Made by a program: the position numbers and the translations under genes. The notes under the pieces are model-generated. The model had not been told where the DNA came from. It did not search any database and worked only from the letters and a program-made list of their open reading frames with translations. A DNA stretch of 60,418 bases, the filler included, from Catajapyx aquilonaris (taxonomy: Eukaryota): the NCBI GenBank assembly GCA_000934665.2. It is 2 parts of 2 records of this genome, joined end to end, with 100 filler letters (N's around TTAATTAATTAA, not from the genome) between each part and the next. Parts side by side here need not be neighbours in the genome. Positions count along the whole stretch, not along the records: positions 30,252 to 60,418 come from KZ539194.1; 1 more part is not named here. One strand, 5' to 3'. Numbering within the stretch: position 1 is the stretch's first letter; each line of letters starts with the position of its first letter. Shown here piece after piece: positions 37,047 through 47,985 of the stretch.

Positions 37047-38150
37047 AATGGGGAACTAGCCTTGGTCTGGGATTTGGGATTTTTGTTCATAACTAGCTAG
37101 CCCATGCCTGTAAACATACATTCCATCACTCTGTTGCATCAAAATGACAGTACTGGATAAATTGCGGCACATTCAAAAGTGCCTTCAAAATTGGCGGGAA
37201 AAACAGAGCAACAGAGTGGTGCCAATCGAAAGGGTACACTGAAATGCCTGGTTGACTGCGAGATATGAGGAATTTGACTTTGAATTAACCGCGGACGCGA
37301 CGGAAAGCATTCGCAAGGCGGCTGTAGGCCATCGAGGTGGAGAAAGGGGGCCTTCACGTGCCGAATTCGGGTGACAGATAATTCCGACCTGGTGGCATCA
37401 CTGCCATGTACAAAGCGGCTTGAGCGGCCTGGAATAAATACGCGCCCCGGCCGCTATCTTGCTCACGGAATGGGACGGTTGCTAACAGCCCCTGGACACT
37501 TCTATCCCAGCGCAATAGAAAAGGCCGATTCGTTATTCCTTCCCGCAGCGGCGCTAGTAAAAACAATGGAATCTCGCTGTGCGTGTCGTTCATTCGCCAT
37601 AACAACTAGCGACCCTGTCGGTACAACTCATCAACAGCACTTATGGAATCGATTTTGCATACCTGTATCACCATTCGAAGTCTCGCGACCCTGGAGAACA
37701 CTCGATTTGAATTGGCGGTCCGTGGACGATTCCCCTCCCGATTACTTTTTACTACCGATAGCGTATACCAAGATGGCCGCAATATGGAGATGTTCACGAT
37801 CCAGTTCACATCATGGCCACCTCCAGTCAGCGCCACGGCGGGATTGAGTAACGGATCGCAAGATGGCGGGGAGTTTCCCGACCTCTCCTTCTAAGACCGT
37901 GGTTGCTAACAACAGCGAAGCATTTTACGACAATGACGGGGCGCGTTCTATAACACCATTTTTGCGTTCATTTCACTTCGCGTGACGTCAACATTTTTCA
38001 GGCAAACAGTGACGTCACCATTTGCATACATAAAAACCCCAATTACTCCGGAACTGAAACTGATATCTTAAAACGGAATATGCCAAAAAAATCAAAAAAA
38101 TATGGGCGAATTTATTATGTAGTTTCCAAAATGAAGGCTAGTTCCCCATT
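37047..38150. mobile_element. Non-autonomous DNA transposon, Kolobok-like
   Basis: 17-bp inverted termini AATGGGGAACTAGCCTT / AAGGCTAGTTCCCCATT. Flanks ataa / ttca resemble a decayed TTAA TSD. CpG-rich interior with AAGATGGC, TGACGTCA (x2) and ATTTGCATA motifs. Confidence 0.6.
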
Positions 38151-39157
38151 CACATATTACTGTACGTTGAGACTGATGGTTCTCTTTTGTATTTCTTTGA
38201 TAGGAATTAAAATAATTTGGTGTATAAAATAAATTAAATGTTATATCGAACCAAAAGCAAAATAATAATAATAATAAAAGTAAGGTTAATACTTTGAACT
38301 ACATTTAACCCATTTGTTCCTTATGTTGATCTACTGATGATATTTTAATAATATCTTACGGCATGCGCGCTCTGAAACACGTTGCCAGCTTGGTCTTTGC
38401 AGCTAATACTGGGATCGTAAAAAAAACTACATAACCACTAAATAGGCAACCCTGCTCTCAATCGCTCCCAGCTCCAGAGGGGGTGGGAATTGGAAGGAGG
38501 TGGGGGATAACATGGGCTAAGGCGCTCCAAGGCCTCTCGTGTAACTCCCTTCCGAAAACGCTCAGAATTAAAGCGGTTTAAGGGGAAGCGATACAAAACT
38601 GAAGTGGGACTACGTGCCTTTATGAAGAAGAAGAAAAAACCTTCGCCGACGCTATTTCGAGGACACTGTTGCAGGGTTGGAAAAAACCCTTTTTTTTTGG
38701 GGGGGGGGGGGTTAGGTGTTTTTCTGGCAATTTAATGTATCGTTTCATCACTGGGTAATGTCCACTTGAAATCTTGAATGCTATTAAATGATGCGCCACT
38801 CGGGAGAACCAATGACTACAAGATGTGAGGGAATTCCTCACTGACGCCGTTCGACTTTTCAAATTGAAGCAGCGAGAACCAGAAGTAGTTGCTAAGTCCA
38901 TTTTTGGCGATTATGAGATAAGGGCAAATTCTAGGCCTCTATCAGGCATATTTTCATAGAAAAATGTTTTATCCGAGCCAGATAAAATATTACAAGTCCC
39001 CTTTTCAGACCGGGATACTTTTAGCACTGAAGAGAAATTTCGTGCCAGATGTTGATAAGTCCAAAAAAGGCATTCATAAAAAATGTATTTATAATATATT
39101 ATTGTCATCACATTAAGGCAGCATAAGAAAGGGACTAAAATTAATTTAGGAGATATT

Positions 39158-39430
39158 GTTACCCCGTGCTCGAGCCATTCGGCTCGTTTTGAGGGGAGGG
39201 GAAGGTTCCCAAGGGGGGGCATCCTCGGTTTATAGTCACTCACGACTCTCTCAGATACACTAGACCTTTTCTCTGGCCCCGGGCAGCTAAGGGAGTGCAA
39301 TGCTGCCCCGGCGTGTCGGGTGAAAAGCGGAAAAAGACCCGGCCAAGCAGAGGTGACGGGAACGGGATTTGAACCCCGGCCTCCCGCTTGGCTAGCCAGT
39401 GGCGTAACCATCACTAGACTACCACGCCTG
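39158..39430 (-). mobile_element. tRNA-derived SINE
   Basis: Minus strand A box TAGTCTAGTGATGG, B box GGTTCAAATCC, 3' end CACGGGGTAAC. Exact 16-bp TSD TAATTTAGGAGATATT at 39142-39157 and 39431-39446. Confidence 0.9.
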
Positions 39431-40993
39431 TAATTTAGGAGATATTATTTCCCTGCATTTCCTCATATAAGTGGCCAAAAAATTAAAATTAAAATTTCTA
39501 CAAGCCAGAAGTGGCTAAGTCCAAGGCGGATTTTTTTCTTCTCCTGCAGAAAGGTACGTCAAACATTATTTGAAACTTTCAAACTGCTCTCCTCACTGCT
39601 TCAATTGGATCTTGGATGGGAGACTGCCATACGGGGAGAGTGGGAGTTGACGAGTTGGAGTTGTGTTGTGGACTTGTGGACTGTGTCAGTGTGTCGAATA
39701 CTTTAAAAAAATTTCAACATTAGGATGAAAAGCTGAAAAATCCACGTTGGCTTTTTCAGCTTTTCATCCTGTAATAACCCTGCTCCAAAGGCATCCATGG
39801 AAATTATTTCTTTGGCCTACTTAGAGGGTTCCTCCGATCCTGTCTGGGAAGGACGGCAACATCTGTCTAATTTATTCTGTAATTTGTAGACCATCAGGTG
39901 AGGAAAAAATACCCAACGTGGAAGCACTTATACAGCTAGGTCTAAGGTAAAAAATTAATATTAGTTTCCCCAACCAAAGCAGCACTACAAATGAATTAAT
40001 ATGTAACTCTCATTCTCATCATTATTTTGTCTCTTATTCGATTATTCTACATGGGTAATGAATGTCATGTCATTTCCGTCATATACCTAGGTACATATCC
40101 CAGAATATGTGACGTCACTGGTTAACTAATCGTTTTTTTCATTGTGACGATACTATGACACGCAAAAAGATTGTCATAACTTTTTATGTTTAGTATTATT
40201 CATAAAGCTCACCTTTAAAATTAAATTTGATAAGCCAGTAATGAGTAGCTGTCGATGCTGTACAAGACCCCGTCACGACTGTCGGAGGTAAATGATTCGT
40301 CTGGTCGACAGAGGTGAAAACGCCAACCCCCACCACCCATCAGCAGCTATTGTCCAAATCAAAATCAGATCCACTTATATGGATAATATTATTACGCCTA
40401 ATTCAAAAACCTCGCCTTTAAAATTAAATATGAGTGTTTTTTTTCTTTACTTTTCAAAAATTGCGTGTGTGGAGTCTGGAGTGCAGACAACGCAACGCCC
40501 AAGATGTGACTCATGCATCTGGCCGGTCATTCCACCCGCACGTGTTCCATCCCGTGACATCTGGGGAGGTTCAGAACCGAGCAGGATGGATGACTCACAC
40601 TACTTTAAAAATACTCGAAAGGATTATATAGACGCGACTGTGTGGCGACAGAGGGTCGAGCCCTGCACACGAAAGTGGAGCTACGTGACCCTGCAGGAAG
40701 ACAAAAAAGTTCGAACAAAGGCCAGTTGTCCTTGAAGTGAACCATATGGCGCCACTTAGTCAGTCTCCAGGCCTGCTCGTTGACCTTGGCTGTCAGCTAT
40801 AGGCCTACTACCCAAGTCCAAGGGTTGCTTTCAACGTGGCCTAACAGGATTCCTTCCTCCTGAGGCAACGAAGCATTTCCTTGAGTTCACACTATATTTT
40901 GGGCTGCATACGGCCATGAGGAAGTACGGGGAAAGCGAGTTTTTGTAGGCCACATTATGCACTTCTCCGCAGTGTAATTGCGTGTGTAGTTGA

Positions 40994-42620
40994 TAGTCCG
41001 GGTGCTAAGGGGTTGAACTTTGCATTTTGTGACAAAAGTATGAAACTCGGTACACTTGTCCTTTGGACACTTCCGATCATATCTGGACGTGGAGCCACGA
41101 TGACCCACCCCGATGGAGGTCCATTTCGTAGGGTTTCCATTTAACTACCAGATGCAACATCCTTTAGGACCTAAGTATTGGGTGACAAAAACCCGAAAGT
41201 CGCCACAATTGATCTTTGGACACTTCTGAACATGTCTGGATGTGGGGCCATGATGACTGACCCCGCTGTGGGTCACTTGCACGGTTACCAAATCTAACGG
41301 ACCAAACATACATCTCTGCGAAGATCATGTGAATTGGGAGCTTGCATTCGGTGATAAAAACGTGAAACTCGGTACGGTAGTTCTTCGAACACATCTGAAC
41401 ATATCTGGACGTGGAGCCACGATGACCCACCGAATGCAAGCTCATTATTTAAATATAAACACATGTTGCACATTCTGTTAGATATGGCAACCCTGCGATA
41501 GTGCCCTCCCTCGGGGTGGGTCATCGTGGCTCCCCGTCCAGATATGTTCGGAAGTGTCCAAAAAACTAGCGTACCAAGTTTTATGGCTTTGTCACCGAAT
41601 GCAAGCTCCCTATCAAAATATAAACGCATGTTGCACAGTCTGTCAGATATGGCAACGCCGCTATAGTGCCCTCCATCTGGGTGGGTCATCGTGGCTCCAC
41701 GTCCAGATATGTTCAGAAGTGTCCAAAGAACAATTCTACCAAGTTTCACGTCTTTGTCACCAAATGCAAGTCCCCTATTGAAACATAAGCGCATGTTGTA
41801 CAGTCTGTTAGATTTGGCAACACCATGATAATGTCCTCCACCGGGGTGGGTCATCGTGTCCCCACGTCCAGATACGTTCGGAAGTGTGCAAAGAACTATA
41901 TTGTACCGAGTTTCACGTCTTCGTCACCGAATGCAAGCTCCCTATTCACATAGTTTACTTAGAGAGCCCATTAGATCTGGCAACCCTGCGAGTGACCCCA
42001 GCGGGATCATCCATAGTGGCCTCACTTACAGACATGTTCAGTAGTGTTCAAAGACCAACTGGGGCGAGTTTCATGTTTTATCAGTGTTTTATCACCGAAT
42101 GCAAGGCCCTTATTCATGTAAAGGTGTGCAACACACGTTCGATTTGGCAACTCCGCGATAGTGACCCCTGGCGAAGCCACCAGGGGTCACCCACCGTGAC
42201 CCCACGTCCAGATATGTTCAGATGTGTTCAAAGAACTGCCGTACCGAGTTTCACGTTTTTATCACCGAATGAAAGCTCCCAATTCACATGATCTTCGCAG
42301 AGATGTATGTTTGGTCCGTTAGATTTGGTAACCATGCAAGTGACCCACAGCGGGGTCAGTCATCATGGCCCCACACCCAGTTCTTCTCGGAAGTGTCCAA
42401 AGACCAATTTCATGGTTTTGTCCCCGAATACAAGGTCCTAAAAGGATGCTGCATCTGGTAGTTATGGAAACCCTGAGAAATGGACCACCACTGGGGTGGG
42501 TCATCGTGGCTCCACGTCCAGATATGATCAGAAGTGTCCAAAGGACAAGTGTACCGAGTTTCATACTTTTGTCACAAAATGCAAAGTTTGGGTCAAATTT
42601 GTCCCTTAGCACCTGGACTA
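40994..42620. mobile_element. Foldback-type non-autonomous element (Academ-like termini) built from 165-bp tandem units
   Basis: Termini TAGTCCGGGTGCTAAGGG / CCCTTAGCACCTGGACTA with 3-bp TSD TGA. TIRs of about 430 bp. Unit period 165 bp (TCATCGTG at 41521, 41686, 41851). About 2.7 units inverted on the left and about 7 units on the right. Confidence 0.88.
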
Positions 42621-42714
42621 TGAGCATTAACGTGCTGAACAATGGCATCCTTTCCTGGGAGCATATTGTTCGGGGGTTCGCGTGTGATTCCAGTGTAATT
42701 ATTTTTATTTGTTA

Positions 42715-43050
42715 TTTTTTTTTACTGTACCCCATTATCGGGCCCTGGGCCCTTGTAACGGGAATCGTATACCACCATGTTTGGAACCGTACGTAATGTG
42801 TATGTTTTAATTGTTCCAGGGGTAAGTAGGACGTAGGAGGGGATGTGCAAAGTGCAAGTGCAATGTCGTATATTGGTCATTTCGTGAACTCCCCCGGGTG
42901 GATTAGTCTAGCGGAAATTTCCACCGGAGACGAAGCCAGAGATGGCCCAACTCTGCACGAGATGAAGGGGGGAGGCCCGGGCTGGGATCGAACCCGGGAC
43001 CTTAACATCCGTGGGCGCGTGCGTTACCGCAGCACCACTCCGCATCCCTC
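42715..43050 (-). mobile_element. tRNA-derived SINE, apparently full-length member of the 21958 family
   Basis: A box TGGTGCTGCGG and B box GGTTCGATCCC. Body homologous to 21958-22121. Tail ATGGTGGTATAC...ATAATGGGGTACAGT(A)n. Confidence 0.85.
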
Positions 43051-44237
43051 ATGTGTAGTATTATTACTATAGGCCATCTTACCCCGAGCAACACGCAACC
43101 CGAGCCAACCCTTCTACATGGGGATGTCTGAAAGTAAGACCGTCTCTACCTCATCAAGAAATGCACACGATTCTTGGCGTATTCCTGGAACCACAAATTT
43201 CACCGGTACACTGGGTTGCGGGATCGTTGGTAAATCCAGAACAAGTGATTGGTTCTTGTTAGTACCTGTTTTGATTGTTGTTTATATCCATAGAATGACA
43301 ACGATCTTTCTCAACCACTCGCTCTAGATTTACTCTACAAATCCACAATCATAAAACATTTTTATTACTGCCCTTGTACAACACTTGACACTCATGTACA
43401 AGAACATAGGAAACAACACAGCACCAGGGTACGTAAGGTATTCCATCTGTCGTAGTCTCCTGCAATACAACTCTAAAATCAAACCCCGACACCTGAACAC
43501 ATTCAGACACACGCCACGCAGTATTGCTTCGTCTCTTCTGTTTCCTTTGTCGTCTCTGTTCTGTGTTCGGTTGAGTATCCCTTTCCTTTTGTAGCTGGTC
43601 TAACCAGCCAGTTATCGGCTATTCCCACCCTCCGTCGTCAACGATATGGTGCCAGCCATTGTTCTCCTGACGGAGGCGATCGTTTCCTATACCGATCTCC
43701 GCACAATGATAGTCGAAATAAAGGTTTCAATATGGCGCTTACATTCAAGCGTAGGGCGAGTGACTCCTAATCACGGGTCTGCTTATCCTAATCTAGTGGA
43801 TTCACGGTCAGTATATTAATGAGTACCATTCTTCTGCGTTCGTCTGAGGAATACGTCCTCATAACTTCCCACTAACGTCTAAAGGGCATTTCACAAATTC
43901 GGCGGTGGCGCTGCACAGATTTGAATTCCCCGACAAAAACTACATCTGAAAACGTACTTTCGTCACTACTATACGTAATTTTGTTAGACGATATAGGTCA
44001 TGTCCCCCCTTTTTCGATTTGGTCCTACTGTGGGCCGTCAGCTGAATTCGTGGGATCTCCCAACCGCATTCCGCCAGCCAGGGAGATTCTGGAGCTACAG
44101 GTCTCAATCGCTGGTATTCCGCCCGTGCCCTGCTACCGCCCAAGATTTGAACCACAACGCCTTTTTTAAAGGCCACTTCAACTACGAACACTGGTCACTG
44201 TACAAAACACCACTTACCACTTACCTGCACCTAAAAT

Positions 44238-44489
44238 GAGGGGTGTGGTGGATAAAGGTGGTAACCCTCATATTTGTAATTTTTGACCTAAACACCTAGC
44301 AACTATGTAAAAGACATGACAAATATTTTGGTATACTCAAAGTTCACGTATCATGCACGATATACGGCCACACGGACTAGATCAAAACCCACATTCCCTA
44401 CAGGATTTGTGAACAGGGTGCAAATTTAAATGCGCTCTCCTGAAATGTTACACTTTAGTGGGTTATTACATTTTCCCACCACACCTCTC
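44238..44489. mobile_element. Sola-like MITE
   Basis: Imperfect TIRs of about 29 bp, GAG(A)GGTGTGGTGG..AA.GT..TAACCC, with GAG...CTC ends. 4-bp TSD AAAT at 44234-44237 and 44490-44493. Confidence 0.65.
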
Positions 44490-45330
44490 AAATGACATCA
44501 GACCCTTTGATCATTGATGATATTCTTTTACAGCCCCACAATCGGTACCCAAGCAAAATTCTTTATTCGGTATTAAAAGAGGATCTCCCAACAGAGTAAA
44601 AAACACACATAAAACTACCTACGGATACAAGGTATCAATTTTATGTACTATCAAGGTCACATCTGTAGTGTTCTGTTCCCTCTTCTGTCTCATATACAGA
44701 GCGGGGTCACATATAATAGGGGGTTCCACATGGAACATTCCCTACATTATATACAGTATTATCAAAGGAAGCACACATGAAGACCTCGGGGGAAGAACGA
44801 TCAAGGTGAAACTGAGACATTCCAATTTTAATTTTGAAGGTTCCATTTTATATCCCACTTTCGGGGCCTCCTGTAGTGACCTGTGATCATTACTCCACAA
44901 CCACGACCAAACCATCATAATTATTCTACGCAAGGGAAAGTATCTTGTAACTCATTGTTGACAAAATGTGGACCTTGATCGTTCTTCCCCAGAGGTCTTC
45001 ACATGGGAAGTGAACAACACACACTGGATACATATTCTACAAGGTATATCAATGCTACATGCAAAGAACATTACAGTCATGACACTCTTTCCTTCTGTCT
45101 CCTCCATCTAGAAAGAGCCACACAATTGCACTATTCCCACTCCCACATATGAACAGCAAATAAATAATTAACCTAACACGCTAACAACAAAAAACTAGTC
45201 TCGACTAATTATTCAGAATGACGGCATAAACCACTGGCTCATCGGCAGAACTTCCTCGGCCTCAATCAGTCCCTGGAAAGAAACAAAGAATTCTGGTCAA
45301 GAACACTGATGTTGATTGATATCTCTGTTT

Positions 45331-47985
45331 TCATGTAAGCCCAATAATAATATTATCTGCCTTACTGACACCACTATAGTCCTTGTTATGAACCCATGTA
45401 CCTTCAGTAACATGAGGATTTATACCTGGTGTAGGACTCCCTCCACCTTGAGGCAGGCCAAGGAATCTGCAGCGCATTGATGACATTTCCCTCATACTCC
45501 TCTTGTTCATCCCCACCAAGTTGATCAGTTGTCTCGATCGTTTCCTAGACATTCTCCCCAACTCCTGTGAATCCAGGTCTGGGCCGACTGACATTGGAGG
45601 CGAGGAGATGTCTAGGTATTCAGGCGAGGATGCTACAGAAGGAGGGTTGATGGAAGGCGCAGCAGTGGTCCAACAGGGTGGTGTGGATGGCCTGATGTCT
45701 GAGCCACTTCCCATTGCTGGAGACCCAGGTGGTGTTTGGGTCCCAGGCAGCTCCGGGGGTGGTTCTGGTAGTAGGGTCACCTGGTCGATTGCTGGACCAG
45801 CTGTTGATTAGACAGTGCGAAGGAGATCATGAAAATCTCGTTCGTTTTCTGATGAGCAACCATCCTTGTCACCATTGGAGGATGTGCACTTTTGTTAGAA
45901 CAGTTACTCTTCATCGATTCTTTGTAACACAGAATCTAATCATCTTGGCTTCTTGCATGCAGTCTGCCCAGGTTTGTTCTGTGAGGGTCCAGCTGCATTA
46001 AAAAAAAAACTTCCTCGACGTAAATTGAAAGGGATTACCGTATTTAAAAACATGCGAAAATTTCAAATAAGAACAACCAGGTAAATGTAGGCTAAAGCTA
46101 CCATGTTACCGGTATATATTGTAGCCTAATTAACCCATTTCACTAACAGGAAGGAGAACCTTTTGCAGTGGTTGTGGGGGCACTTCTACTATGACGCCTG
46201 AAAATTAATACAGTCGAATCCGGATCTAACAGCCTCAGTTATAACAGACTCGAAGTTCCTCCATACTTTCCATAAGGTAACTTTACTCCTGATATAACAA
46301 ACTCATTTTCACCTCACCTCGGCTATAACAGACCATTTCTTGGCCTCTCGGTGGGAAATTATACTGCTTTTGATTACACGGCTTCATTTTCTATGCCAGA
46401 AAAGCATTGCATACTGGAGCACCCCCGCTCCAGTATTATCTGTCACTAATTACTTGCCGAAAAATCTCAAAATCAACCGAAGAAAAAAATGACGAATTTT
46501 TTACAAAGCATACAAAGCATACACACAACACAGCAACATTGGAAATTATAATGACGTGAATTATGTCAGTCAAAATAGATAGCATATTTTATACTAGTAA
46601 CTAATAATTTCATAATATGAACACCGTCGGTTTCCAAATGGAATGTCATGAATTTAGATTTTTTAAAAATGCGTACTGGATAAATATGACTAATAATAAA
46701 TTATGCAACACGATATTATTTTGTCCATGGAAATTTATTGCTATTTCCATGTTCCTTATAGGTCACAAGTAACTCATAATGGGCATATATTTTGTCTTTG
46801 ATTTGTTTTTGACCTCGGGGCAGTCAAATAACCAAAATCCTCAAATATACCATACAGTGTTTCCCAATCAAATAGACCCACATGTTTCTCGGATTTTTCT
46901 GAAAACAATCACAGCTGTACACACACGTATGGCGTAACACTGCATATCAAGTTTCAGCCAAATTGCGAAATACCGTGGGGAGAGAAAATATCGCGAAAAT
47001 TTAGAAAATGGGGGCTTTATTTGACGATGATTTTTTTTCGGTTATTGGAAGTGGTCAAAGCCCAATCAACATATACATCAAATGAAAGATAAACACGAGT
47101 CAAATGCCGCTATGGAATTTGTTTATCAGAAAAATGCACTCAGAAAAACATGTGTGGCGCATTTCATCAGTCACATGTCCCAAGAATTTTGCTGCATTAA
47201 AATTAATGGTAATATGGCAAAACGTATCTATTATTTTCTCGCGAGCCATGCATGACCCAGGATTTGGAAACTGGACATATTGAATCATGTATGGGTCGCA
47301 ACTCCTGTCACCAAATAATTATAGCTGCTCTTACGCAAATACATCACTAATTTTTTGAGATGGTCTAGCAACATTTAGGCCCACTTGATTGGGAAAAAAC
47401 ATGCTGTATTTGAGGATTTGGGGATTTTGACTGCCCCGAGATCAAAAATAAATCAAATACAAAATGAATGCCCATTATGACGAGTTACTTGTGATCTATA
47501 ACGAATATGACGATGATTGTTACATCAGCCTATTAGGTGACGTTTCCGCCACAAGAGAATGGGGGGAGGCTCCTTGTTAGTTACACTCGCGAATGTATGA
47601 CACTGCTACGGCCACTTCCGTGTCGACGTCACTACAATGTATTGTACTCACCCGCAGAGGCAGGCTGCTTCTTAGGCCTGAATCCGTGCCTCCGAGCGAA
47701 TCTGGCGCACCAATTGCTGTCTAAGGTGTGCATGGGGATGCCAGCACAGCTCATCGTATTCCGGATGCTCTCGTAGAAGCCCGGTCCATCGGGGTTGAGG
47801 CCCAGCCCCTCGATGGCACTTCGGACCACCCCGCAGGCTATGCTCTCCACCCCGGGGTACTTGCAGTTTCTGAGTAGGGCATGGCACCCCTCGCATCTGT
47901 TTGGCGACAGAATGAAGCCAGGATGAAAGGCCATGCTCGCAGTGCGCGTCTCTCCCCATCGAGGCTCTCTCTGCGACTGACTCAT
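45331..47985 (-). CDS. Putative spliced gene or pseudogene: CENP-B/pogo-type HTH-like N-terminus plus Pro/Ser-rich region
   Basis: GC-rich exon 1 at 47985-47652 (KYPGVESIA...SNWCARFARRHGF) ends in a phase-1 donor G|GTGAGT. Phase-compatible acceptors at 45992 (followed by 4 stops) or 45800 (stop-free). Exon 2 is open to 45331, with a possible donor near 45426 and a terminal exon near 45272. Confidence 0.5.
46211..46335 (+). mobile_element. Orphan pogo/Tigger-like transposon end
   Basis: TA|CAGTCGAATCCGG followed by repeated subterminal TATAACA(G/A)AC motifs. No partner end found. Confidence 0.45.
46748..47509. mobile_element. MITE with long imperfect TIRs, inside the putative intron
   Basis: Inverted repeats of about 130 bp (TATAGGTCACAAGTAACTC..ATAATGGGCAT...CTCGGGGCAGTCAAA...ATCCTCAAATA...TTTCCCAATCAA). 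Confidence 0.8.

Noticed and set aside
41294..41854. 186-aa ORF with 55-aa repeats, and other ORFs in the 165-bp array
   Set aside because: 165 is divisible by 3, so repeats translate periodically. Other units carry indels and stops, and the ORF crosses the inversion junction.
41000..42600. CRISPR-like repeat-spacer array
   Set aside because: The variable parts of the units are homologous to each other rather than unique spacers. The context is eukaryotic and there are no cas genes.
45800..45992. Non-standard genetic code or RIP-like mutation to explain in-frame stops
   Set aside because: Every stop codon is one C-to-T change from CAA, CAG or CGA, so the pattern is uninformative. The LINE and mariner ORFs terminate at normal stops.
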